Virus record (IMG/VR): IMGVR_UViG_3300042937_001707
Coordinates: 14,985 to 78,984 of that record
Direction: 5' to 3' (one strand)
DNA length: 64,000 nt
Source: a virus
In this document: positions 42,318 through 51,113 of the stretch, piece by piece
How positions within the stretch are numbered: position 1 is the stretch's first letter
Layout of the letters: each line of letters opens with the position of its first letter
The notes under the pieces: generated by a model
What the model saw: only the letters and a program-made list of their open reading frames with translations
Databases searched by the model: none
What the model was told of the DNA's origin: nothing
Translations under genes and position numbers: made by a program

Positions 42318-43040
42318 ATGCACCCAACCATACATTATAATGAACCGTTTGATTACTACATTATAGATGATTTTTTAGAACCATCTATCGCAAAAAAGAT
42401 ATCAGAAGAATTTATCCCATTTGAATCCACACATTGGTTCGATTATAATAATCCATTAGAAATAAAAAAAACTTTAAACAATTGGTATCATTTTCCAGAA
42501 ACCACTTATAAGTTTTTTTCTTATCTAAATTCAAAAGAATTCGTAGAAATAATTCAAAATATAACAAAAACAAATAATCTATATACTGATATCGGATTAC
42601 ATGGTGCTGGCTGGCACATTCATGGTAACGGTGGGAAATTGAATGTACATCTAGATTATTCAATTCACCCAAAATTAAAATTACAAAGAAAATATAATTT
42701 TATAATATATCTATCACAGGAATGGAATCCAAAATGGGGAGGTAATTTAGAATTTTGGTCACACGATTTTCTAAACAAAAAACCAAAAGAAAAAATTGCC
42801 CAAGTGGATTGTATATTCAATAGAGCAGTAATTTTTGACACTACCAAAAATTCTTGGCATGGGTTTAACGATCCCATAACTTGCCCAAATAATACATATA
42901 GAAAAAGTATTGCTTGTTATTACCTAACTGACCCAGAAGAAATCACAGAGGAACGATACAGAGCATTATATTCAGCATCAAAATCTCAAGAGAATGATAG
43001 AAACATTGAACAATTGATTAAAAATAGAAGTAAACTATGA
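42318..43040 (+). CDS. 2OG-Fe(II) oxygenase (Tpa1/Ofd1-like prolyl hydroxylase family)
   Basis: LHGAGWH..GGKLNVHLD...WGGNLEFW...FNRAVIFDT..SWHG...RKSIA. Start at 42318 after GGAG. Confidence 0.85.
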   Translation: MHPTIHYNEPFDYYIIDDFLEPSIAKKISEEFIPFESTHWFDYNNPLEIKKTLNNWYHFPETTYKFFSYLNSKEFVEIIQNITKTNNLYTDIGLHGAGWHIHGNGGKLNVHLDYSIHPKLKLQRKYNFIIYLSQEWNPKWGGNLEFWSHDFLNKKPKEKIAQVDCIFNRAVIFDTTKNSWHGFNDPITCPNNTYRKSIACYYLTDPEEITEERYRALYSASKSQENDRNIEQLIKNRSKL

Positions 43041-44755
43041 ATAAAAAATGTAAAATTGTTATGATTACCATGTTTAAGAATGAAGCAAGATCCATAGAAA
43101 GAATGCTAAATTCTTGTTTACCTTTTGTAGATTACTATGTTCTTCAGAACAACGGATCGACAGACGGTTCCGATCAAATAGTAAAAGATTTCTTGATTAA
43201 TAACGAGTTATCCGGAACTTTATATGATGTAGAAGAAGGTTGGGTTGGATTTGGATGGAATAGAGATCATTTAATTCAAACATGTCAAGATATTGATCAT
43301 GGATGTGATTGGATTTTAAAGATGGATTGCGACGAAGTTCTAGAAATTGACAGCAATTTTAATTGGGAGTTGTTAAGTGATAAATCTACCCAAGCATTTC
43401 ATATTCCTGCAGTAAGTGGAACTTGTGTATATTATAGAGCATGGATGTGGAACGCAAACCTTCCTTGGAGATTTAATCACGATACTTGCCACGAAACAAT
43501 ATATTGCGAAATTCCGGAAATAGATAAAAACTTTGTGTGTAAAGACTTACCAAAATCTTTTAGACAAGTAGGATATAACGAAGGACAAAGTTGGTCGGTT
43601 CCTACAAAATTTATTTCAGACTCTTTAATCTTAGAAGAAAAAATGATTAAAGAAAACACAATACATTCCGATATATACCATTTTTGGTATATAGGCAAAA
43701 GTTATGCAGATGCTTATCCATCAACAGCATTTCCTCTGGGAAAAACGCAGCAGAAAGAATATGCAAGAAGATGTATTTACTATTTTACTGAATATTTAAA
43801 TTTAATACATGATTTTGAAAATACGAAAAAAGCAAAATTTATAGACGAAACTTCTTACATGTCACTAATTTTAATGGCAGAGGCATATATATTCTTAAAT
43901 AAAGAAGACAACGCAATAGAGTGTTATATTCTTGCAGAATCTTTTGCTCCAAAAAGAAATGATCATCTTTTTGGATTAGCAAGAATTTATAAACGTTTGA
44001 AGCAATATGAAGAAATGTTACAAATCACTTCTGTAATGATTAACCCAGAAAGAAAAAACCCTTTCCCAGAATATTGTAATTTTATAGATTCTTCTTTATA
44101 TATCAATGAAGAAAATAATGTCGTAGAAGAACTTCATAATTTTGCATTATCACATAATACAAAAGAACAACATATTCCATTACCATTTTATATAAATTTA
44201 AATAAAGATAAAAATTTATTTGTAGTTGATAATTTTTATACCAATCCAGATGATGTCAGAGATTTTGCATTAAATTTTGTTGAATATAAAGAAGATTTAA
44301 ATTGGTATAAAGGGTTAAGATCTACAGTAACATATAGACCAGATGGTATAAAAGAAGCATTTGAAGAAATAATAGGAAAAAAGATTTATAATTTCGAAGA
44401 ACACGGATTTAATGGAGTTTTTCAGATAACAAGCGCAAAAGATCCCCAAGTATATCATTATGATGCACAAAAATGGGCAGCAATGATATATTTAACCCCA
44501 AATTCTCCGCTAGAAAGCGGAACAAGAACCCATAGATCCAAATTAAACGGAACAAAACACGCATCAGAACCAAACGTTGATTTTGCATTTAATGGCAATT
44601 TCTATGACAGCACTAAATTTGAAATTATTGATAATGTGGGGAATATATACAATAGATTAGTAATAATGGATGCTCAAAATATCCATTCTGCTGGTCCATA
44701 TTTTGGCTCTGCTATTCATGATAGTAGATTAACTCATTTATTTTTCTTCGATTAA
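43037..44755 (+). CDS. Glycosyltransferase family 2 + TPR-like helices + C-terminal 2OG-oxygenase-like domain
   Basis: MITMFKNEARSIERML, GSTDGS, MDCDE (DxD); helical middle; C-terminal VVDNFY..PD.VR...HYD..WAAMIYLTP...NRLVI...HSA. Confidence 0.8.
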   Translation: MNKKCKIVMITMFKNEARSIERMLNSCLPFVDYYVLQNNGSTDGSDQIVKDFLINNELSGTLYDVEEGWVGFGWNRDHLIQTCQDIDHGCDWILKMDCDEVLEIDSNFNWELLSDKSTQAFHIPAVSGTCVYYRAWMWNANLPWRFNHDTCHETIYCEIPEIDKNFVCKDLPKSFRQVGYNEGQSWSVPTKFISDSLILEEKMIKENTIHSDIYHFWYIGKSYADAYPSTAFPLGKTQQKEYARRCIYYFTEYLNLIHDFENTKKAKFIDETSYMSLILMAEAYIFLNKEDNAIECYILAESFAPKRNDHLFGLARIYKRLKQYEEMLQITSVMINPERKNPFPEYCNFIDSSLYINEENNVVEELHNFALSHNTKEQHIPLPFYINLNKDKNLFVVDNFYTNPDDVRDFALNFVEYKEDLNWYKGLRSTVTYRPDGIKEAFEEIIGKKIYNFEEHGFNGVFQITSAKDPQVYHYDAQKWAAMIYLTPNSPLESGTRTHRSKLNGTKHASEPNVDFAFNGNFYDSTKFEIIDNVGNIYNRLVIMDAQNIHSAGPYFGSAIHDSRLTHLFFFD

Positions 44756-44757
44756 TT

Positions 44758-46014
44758 ATGAAATTTAGCATTATAACCCCAGAACATAATAAAAATAATC
44801 CGTATTTGATGGAATTGTTCGAATCCATAGAAAACCAAACTTATGAAAATTGGGAATGGGTAATATTATTAAATAATGGTTGCGAATTCGAAGACCTTCC
44901 AGAACAAATTTTATACCATGATAAAGTAAATGTATACAAACTAGAAGAAACCAATTCAAATATTGGATTTATAAAAAATAAAGCATTTCATCTTGGGTCC
45001 GGAGATGTTTTAGTAGAAGTTGATCATGATGATATATTAATAAAAAATTGTTTAGAAAAATTATACGAAGTATATCAAGATGAAAACATGGGATTCGTAT
45101 ATAGCGATAATGCCGTCTTACATATGACCGATGAATTTTCCCCATATGACGCAAATCAAGGGTGGGAATATTCTATTTATAATTGGAAAGGTCGAGATTT
45201 AATTTCTATGAAAAGTTTCGAACCATCTTCTCAAAGTTTAGGTTATATTTGGTATGCTCCAGATCATGTCAGATCTTGGAGGTCTAATGTCTATAAAGAA
45301 ATTGGAGGACACAATCCAGAATTATCAGTATGCGATGATCATGAATTATGTATTAGAACATATCTACACACTAAAATGAAAAGAATTCCGGAAGTTCTTT
45401 ATATCTATAGAATTACCGGGGAAAATACTTGGTTGGAAAGAAATCAAGAAATACAACAAAAAACAATAGAATTATTCAATAATTATATTCAACTTTTAGC
45501 AGAAAAAGATTGCGAAGAAAAAGGATTATTGAAAATTGATTTGGGAGGGGGTTTAAATCCGTATAAAGATTATAAAACCGTTGATATCACAGAATCTGCG
45601 GATTTTCAATACGATTTAAATGAAGGGATACCGTTACCAGATAATAGCGTAGGAGTTATCAATGCCAGTCATATATTAGAACATTTAAAAGATCCTATCA
45701 AATCTATGAGCGAAATTCATAGGGTGTTATGTCATGGTGGATGGGCTTTTATAGAAATTCCAAGCACGGATGGAAGAGGAGCATTCCAAGACCCCACACA
45801 TGTAAGTTTCTGGAACGAAAATAGTTTTTTATATTATACCGATAAATATCTTGCTAATTTTATAAATAATAAATATATAAGATTTCAAGAATATTATAAA
45901 CAAACATATTTTCCAAATGAATGGTTACAACAAATAAATGTTTGTGTTACTTCCGCATATTTAACAGTTATTAAAGACGATTCTATCCGATACCCCGGAT
46001 TTTTAAAAATATAA
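44758..46014 (+). CDS. Glycosyltransferase family 2 fused to class I SAM-dependent methyltransferase
   Basis: FSIITP...SIENQTYENWEWVI, VDHDD, DDHEL; C-terminal IDLGGG, ASHILEHL, EIHRVLCHGG. Confidence 0.85.
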   Translation: MKFSIITPEHNKNNPYLMELFESIENQTYENWEWVILLNNGCEFEDLPEQILYHDKVNVYKLEETNSNIGFIKNKAFHLGSGDVLVEVDHDDILIKNCLEKLYEVYQDENMGFVYSDNAVLHMTDEFSPYDANQGWEYSIYNWKGRDLISMKSFEPSSQSLGYIWYAPDHVRSWRSNVYKEIGGHNPELSVCDDHELCIRTYLHTKMKRIPEVLYIYRITGENTWLERNQEIQQKTIELFNNYIQLLAEKDCEEKGLLKIDLGGGLNPYKDYKTVDITESADFQYDLNEGIPLPDNSVGVINASHILEHLKDPIKSMSEIHRVLCHGGWAFIEIPSTDGRGAFQDPTHVSFWNENSFLYYTDKYLANFINNKYIRFQEYYKQTYFPNEWLQQINVCVTSAYLTVIKDDSIRYPGFLKI

Positions 46015-46017
46015 ATA
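46010..46017 (+). promoter_or_regulatory. T4-type late promoter
   Basis: TATAAATA overlapping the stop codon of the GT/MTase gene. Confidence 0.75.
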
Positions 46018-46045
46018 CTAATATAAACAACTTATAGGTATCAAT

Positions 46046-46495
46046 ATGCCAAAATACAATCAATCAAACGTTTCAGGAGAATTGTGGAGAAGATCTCCTC
46101 AAATAATTTGTTATAATAATTATAATCAAAATCCAGTAATACTTTTTGATGAAGAAGATATAATAGTATTGAATAATGGAGAATTTGCATCCAATAGAAT
46201 CCAGTCAAAATTACATCAAGAATTTAATTCTGATAACGCTAATACTGCATTTGAGTTGAGAAACCCGGAAACAGAAGAATATATAGGAACATTTGCAACA
46301 TACAAAGATTTATACGTATTAATGTATTCTTTATATTTTCATTTGGCAAAGGAGAGAGACAAAGGACCACAACCATATCCAAGTTGGATATGGAACGACC
46401 AAACTAATTCGTGGGATGCTCCTATCCCAAAACCGGAAGATGGACAAGAATATTATTGGGATGAAAGTTCTCAAGAATGGGTTATCGTTGCATAA
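46046..46495 (+). CDS. Hypothetical fibre-associated protein
   Basis: Late promoter upstream; C-terminal PQPYPSWIWN...WDAPIPKP...YYWDE...W motif. Confidence 0.65.
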   Translation: MPKYNQSNVSGELWRRSPQIICYNNYNQNPVILFDEEDIIVLNNGEFASNRIQSKLHQEFNSDNANTAFELRNPETEEYIGTFATYKDLYVLMYSLYFHLAKERDKGPQPYPSWIWNDQTNSWDAPIPKPEDGQEYYWDESSQEWVIVA

Positions 46496-46507
46496 GGAGA
46501 ACTCATC

Positions 46508-47461
46508 ATGACAATGGTAGCGAGTGGATATATTGAATTAGGTCCAAACGCAGCAGCAGCTACACCAAACACCTCAATTGGAACAGAGTTAAAAAGAACT
46601 GCATATGCGTCAACAAACTTAACAGAAACAGATTGTAGATATTTAGGTGGAATCAACACAGGACAAATAGGGTTTTCTAATTTTTATTCAAAATATGTGA
46701 TACAAGGACAAACTTTTGCAACTAGCACCAGTGGAAATTGGACAGTGCCAACAGGAGTTTATTATGTCAGCATATTATGTATTGGCGCTGGCGGCGGAGG
46801 TGCAGCGCTTTCTGGAAGCACCACTTATTCTGGAGGCGGAGGTGCATTATCATATACAAATAACATACCAGTAACACCAGGAGAAGTTTTATCATATGTT
46901 GCAGCACCTATAACCGCAAGACAAGCGCAAGGAGGAACGTCTTCTGTTTCTAGGGGGGCAACTGTTCTTGTAAGTGCTGCTGGAGGAAGCCAATATGCAA
47001 CAGGAGGTCAAGCTTCTGCTGGAGTTGGATCTGTTAAATATTCTGGAGGAAATGGGAATTCTTATACAGGTATAGGATCTGCTGGCGGTGGAGGTGCAGC
47101 CGGATATTCTGGAGTTGGAGGAACCGGAGGAAACCCATCCACACAAGCGGGAACTGCTGGATCTGGAGGAGGTGGCGGAGGTGGCGGAGGGTCGTCTTCA
47201 TTCAGTACTGGTGGAGGCGGAGGAGGAGTAGGGAATATCGGAGAAGGACCAAGTGGTGCTGCTAGTGGGACAAACGGAGGAGCAGGAAAGGGCGGTTCCT
47301 ATGGAACAGATGGAGTTGGTGGATTTCTTTTAGGTGGTGCTGGTGGAGGATATGGTGGAGGCGGTGGAAGTGATACAACAGGAACCGGTGGTGCTGGTCT
47401 GGTAAGGTTTATGTGGGGAGTAAACAGATATTACCCATCAACAAATACTGGAGTATTATAA
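46508..47461 (+). CDS. Glycine-rich adhesin-like protein (gp38-like polyglycine architecture)
   Basis: N-terminal ...IGFSNFYSK; WTVPTGV...IGAGGGG; many poly-Gly runs. Confidence 0.65.
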   Translation: MTMVASGYIELGPNAAAATPNTSIGTELKRTAYASTNLTETDCRYLGGINTGQIGFSNFYSKYVIQGQTFATSTSGNWTVPTGVYYVSILCIGAGGGGAALSGSTTYSGGGGALSYTNNIPVTPGEVLSYVAAPITARQAQGGTSSVSRGATVLVSAAGGSQYATGGQASAGVGSVKYSGGNGNSYTGIGSAGGGGAAGYSGVGGTGGNPSTQAGTAGSGGGGGGGGGSSSFSTGGGGGGVGNIGEGPSGAASGTNGGAGKGGSYGTDGVGGFLLGGAGGGYGGGGGSDTTGTGGAGLVRFMWGVNRYYPSTNTGVL

Positions 47462-47602
47462 ATATTAATTAAAAAGAAGAATCTCCAAAATATTTACTAC
47501 AACCTTTTATAAACAATTCTGCTGGTTTAATAGAACTATTAGAATCAGACCCCCCTAATAAATTAATAGAATAACTTCTAAATTTCCTCCCTATCCTCGT
47601 TT

Positions 47603-47610
47603 TATAAATA
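47603..47610 (+). promoter_or_regulatory. T4-type late promoter inside an inverted repeat
   Basis: TATAAATA between arms 47588-47599 and 47625-47636; another copy at 47457. Confidence 0.75.
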
Positions 47611-47642
47611 ATAGTATAATTAACCGAGGATAGGGAATCGGA

Positions 47643-47711
47643 ATGTCAACTAAAAATTTTATCACTAAGCATGGTATAGATGTCAATTATAAGGTGTGTA
47701 TCGATGATTAA
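47643..47711 (+). pseudogene. 22-codon remnant or mini-ORF paralogous to the 5' end of fibre gene 29605
   Basis: MSTKNFITKHGIDVNYKVCIDD* versus MSTKKFTTRHGIDANY (12/16 identical), with the same leader ccgaggatagggaatcgg. Confidence 0.6.
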
Positions 47712-48021
47712 ATACTCATATAAAATAACAAAATTTAACATAAATCCAGATTCTAAACAACTAACTTCTGTTGAGTGGTGGTATGTCGGTAAAGAAAACG
47801 ATTGTAAATATGAAATTTATAACGTAACGCAATTAGACGTCAAAGGGAAAAAGTTTATTCCCCTAGAAAATTTACAAGAAAAAGAAGTAATTAAATTCAT
47901 TGAAAGTTCTTTAGACAAAGAATATATTAAATCAATGAAAGAAGTTATTACAATGGAAATCGATAAACAAAAAACTCCAGAAACAGTATCAATAACACCA
48001 CCTTGGATAGAAAATGTCTAA
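47704..48021 (+). CDS. Hypothetical protein
   Basis: Probable start MIKYSYKI at 47704, overlapping the mini-ORF stop; FIPLENLQEKEVIKFIE...PPW. Confidence 0.65.
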   Translation: MIKYSYKITKFNINPDSKQLTSVEWWYVGKENDCKYEIYNVTQLDVKGKKFIPLENLQEKEVIKFIESSLDKEYIKSMKEVITMEIDKQKTPETVSITPPWIENV

Positions 48022-48760
48022 CGTATCAACAAGAGACGAATTAAAAGATTATTGTTTAAGAAGACTTGGCTTTCCAGTAATTGAGATAAATGTATCTGAA
48101 GAGCAAATTGAGGATCGTTTGTCTGATTGTATGCAGTTTTACATTGATTATCATTATGATGCAACTTCTAAAGCATATTATAAACACACAATAACTCAAG
48201 AAGATATTGAAAATAGATATATAACGGTTCCAGATTCATTAATTGGGGTTACTAGAATATTACCGCTGAACAATTTGCTGAGTAAGTCGTATATGTGGGA
48301 TATTCGGTATCAACTAATCCTCAACAACCTTTGGGATTTAACCTCTACTTCTATGGTTCCGTATACTATAGCAATGCAACATATTCGCGGATTAGAAATG
48401 TTGTTTAACGGCGAAATTCCCATAAGGTTTCAAAGACATCAAAATAAAGTTAAGATTGATATGGGTTGGGGTACTGAACAATGTCCAGAAGGAACCGTTA
48501 TTGTTATTGAAGGATACCAAATAATAGACCCAGAAGAATACTCCGACGTGTTTAACGACCGTTGGATTAAAAGGTATTCTACAGCATTGATAAAACGTCA
48601 GTGGGGAGAAAATATGAAGAAATTCGGGCAAATTTCTCTACCGGGTGGCGTTACTTTAAATGGGGATAGAATATATCAAGAAGCAGTTGATGAAATTTCA
48701 ACACTAGAAAACGAAATGTTGGTTAAATATTCAGAACCGCCAGAATTCATGATTGGGTAG
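48014..48760 (+). CDS. gp13: Neck protein gp13
   Basis: LKDYCLRRLGFPVIEINV, WIKRYSTALIKRQWGENMKKF..LPGGVTLNG. Confidence 0.95.
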   Translation: MSNVSTRDELKDYCLRRLGFPVIEINVSEEQIEDRLSDCMQFYIDYHYDATSKAYYKHTITQEDIENRYITVPDSLIGVTRILPLNNLLSKSYMWDIRYQLILNNLWDLTSTSMVPYTIAMQHIRGLEMLFNGEIPIRFQRHQNKVKIDMGWGTEQCPEGTVIVIEGYQIIDPEEYSDVFNDRWIKRYSTALIKRQWGENMKKFGQISLPGGVTLNGDRIYQEAVDEISTLENEMLVKYSEPPEFMIG

Positions 48761-48766
48761 AAAATA

Positions 48767-49639
48767 ATGCCAACAAACCCATATTTCGATTTCTATAAGA
48801 ATAGACCAGAACAAAACCTCGTAGAAGATTTAATTCACGAGGCAGTTAAGATGTTCGGGTTTGATTGTTATTACATACCCAGAAATGAAGCTGCTGTATC
48901 TGATCTACTTTATGGCGATGACCCGTTAAAGAAATTTGATGCTGCATACCCTATGGAAGTGTATTTAACAAATTCTGTAGATCCCGGCATGAACAACGAT
49001 TTCTTTTCTAAATTCGGGCTAGAAATTAAAAATACAATTAGAATTCAAGTGCCTAGAAGAGCATTTGCTAAAAGAGTACCTCAAGATACCCACACCAGAC
49101 CAAAGGAAGGGGATTTAGTGTATATTCCATTTTTGTCTGGTACTGGCGAATTATATGAAATTAAATATACCAACGACGCCACAGACTATTTCACTTTGGG
49201 TAGAAAACAGCCATATTATTGGGAACTTGAACTAGAATTATTCAAATATTCTCATGAAGATATGAATACGGGGGTAGAAGAGATAGACGTTGTTGAACAA
49301 GTTAATTCTTTTGCTATTGATTATATATTGGATACTGGTACTGGCAACTTTAAAGTCAACGAATTAGCATATCAAGGTCCGGTAGGTTCACCAACAAGTT
49401 TCGCCACAGTACAAAATTGGAACGCTCCAACAAAAACTTTAAAAGTTACCAATATGTCTGGTATATTTGATTCTGATTTAAACGTTATTGGTTCTGAATC
49501 CGGAGCAAATTACTCTATACAGAATTTTGATGAATTGGATAACCCTCAAATTAGAGACGGTTGGGATAATAAGGTTATTGAAGATATTAGCGATACAGTA
49601 ATAGATACTTCGGAAAGTAACCCATTTGGAATATTATAA
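48767..49639 (+). CDS. gp14: Neck protein gp14
   Basis: EQNLVEDLIHEAVKMFG.DCYYIPR, FSKFGLEI, RPKEGDLVY, ESNPFG. Confidence 0.95.
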   Translation: MPTNPYFDFYKNRPEQNLVEDLIHEAVKMFGFDCYYIPRNEAAVSDLLYGDDPLKKFDAAYPMEVYLTNSVDPGMNNDFFSKFGLEIKNTIRIQVPRRAFAKRVPQDTHTRPKEGDLVYIPFLSGTGELYEIKYTNDATDYFTLGRKQPYYWELELELFKYSHEDMNTGVEEIDVVEQVNSFAIDYILDTGTGNFKVNELAYQGPVGSPTSFATVQNWNAPTKTLKVTNMSGIFDSDLNVIGSESGANYSIQNFDELDNPQIRDGWDNKVIEDISDTVIDTSESNPFGIL

Positions 49640-50658
49640 TGACCGCAATAAACCATTATCATAAATGTGTCCGCAAAATCACTTCTGCGTTTGCTTCAAT
49701 ATTTAATAATATAGTATTAATTAGGGACAATAACCAAAGAATCGTTGTTCCTATAGAATATGGAGATAAAGAAAAATTTGTTAAGAGGTTGCAAGGCGAT
49801 CCAGAATTGGATAAAAAAGTCCAAGTCCTTTTACCTAGAATGTCTTATGAGATGGTTGGGTTTAATTATGATAAGGATAGAAAATTAAATACAAACAATA
49901 AAAATTTCTCTTCAAATCCGGATAATGCAGATAAAGCGTTTATGCAATATAATCCGGTTCCTTACGATTTCAATTTTGGATTGACAATATATACCAGAAA
50001 TGTTGAAGATGGAAATCAAATTATAGAACAAATCCTTCCATACTTTACCCCAGATTATTCTTTAAGAGTTACTTTAGTACCAGAAATGGGTATAACTAAA
50101 GTAATACCTATTGTTTTAAACGACGTTAGATTAATTATAGAATCTGATGGGATGTTTAATACAGAAGTAAGAACAGTAATTTGGACTTTGAGTTTTACAG
50201 CTAAAGGGTTTATATTTGGGGCAGTTAAAGATGTTCCTATCATCAAAGAAGTAAACGAAAATTTCTTATTTGGTATTGGTGGTTCTTTCGATTCTGGAAT
50301 CGGTACTTCTTGTAATCCAAATGGATCAAAATCTTTTAATGTGGACCCCGACGGATATGGCGACTATATAAATGGAGAATGGGTTTATCAGGGACAAAAA
50401 TACGATTTGGCGTATGCTACTGGTAAGGTTGGGGATTGGAATGCAAATTCTAATACTGTTTATATTACCGATATTATGGGCAATTTCAAACTTAATCAAC
50501 CAATAGTAGGAACAGATTCTCTTTCTATTCACGTACCAATTTCTGCCACATCAAACGATATGATAGCGTTCACAAAAACAATTACGGTATCCCCGAATAC
50601 AGCAAACGCTAATTCTTACTGGCAACCAGAACTATCTATTACAGAATACGTTACATAA
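49639..50658 (+). CDS. gp15: Tail sheath stabiliser/terminator gp15
   Basis: VPIEYGDKEKF, LPRMSYE, PVPYDF, QIIEQILPYFTPD, IWTLSFTAKG. Confidence 0.93.
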   Translation: MTAINHYHKCVRKITSAFASIFNNIVLIRDNNQRIVVPIEYGDKEKFVKRLQGDPELDKKVQVLLPRMSYEMVGFNYDKDRKLNTNNKNFSSNPDNADKAFMQYNPVPYDFNFGLTIYTRNVEDGNQIIEQILPYFTPDYSLRVTLVPEMGITKVIPIVLNDVRLIIESDGMFNTEVRTVIWTLSFTAKGFIFGAVKDVPIIKEVNENFLFGIGGSFDSGIGTSCNPNGSKSFNVDPDGYGDYINGEWVYQGQKYDLAYATGKVGDWNANSNTVYITDIMGNFKLNQPIVGTDSLSIHVPISATSNDMIAFTKTITVSPNTANANSYWQPELSITEYVT

Positions 50659-50666
50659 ACATTATT

Positions 50667-51110
50667 ATGAGCAAATTTGATGAAAAAATGGAAAACTTTT
50701 TTGAAGTTGCTCCATCTGAACCCAACAACCTTCCAGAGAAAATTTCTTCTTCAGAACCAATACCCCATGAAACTCTAGACGTAGATTTAAAGAAAGACTA
50801 CGAAACAGCCAGGGAAAATTTTCACGAATTGATTGAGGTTGGTAAAGACGCAGTACAAGATATATTAACTATCGCAAGGGAAAGCGAAAAAGGAAGGGAT
50901 TTTGAAGTTGCTGCAAATTTGCTTAAAAACGTATTGGACGCAAACCAACAATTATTAGATATACATAAAAAAGTAAGAGATATTTCTAATTACAAAAATC
51001 AAAAAGAAGAAAAAACCACAATCAATAATGCTTTATTTGTTGGTAGTACGACAGAATTAAGCAAAATGCTCAAAGATCTAAATTCAAAAGAAAAAATTAT
51101 CGAAAATTAA
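50667..51110 (+). CDS. gp16: Terminase small subunit
   Basis: DYETARENF...RDFEVAANLLK...NNALFVGSTTELSKML; synteny. Confidence 0.92.
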   Translation: MSKFDEKMENFFEVAPSEPNNLPEKISSSEPIPHETLDVDLKKDYETARENFHELIEVGKDAVQDILTIARESEKGRDFEVAANLLKNVLDANQQLLDIHKKVRDISNYKNQKEEKTTINNALFVGSTTELSKMLKDLNSKEKIIEN

Positions 51111-51113
51111 ATT

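Noticed and set aside
47465-47590. About 40-codon open stretch on the minus strand downstream of the inverted SD-like arm
   Set aside because: No convincing start codon and no recognisable motif; it is short and AT-rich.
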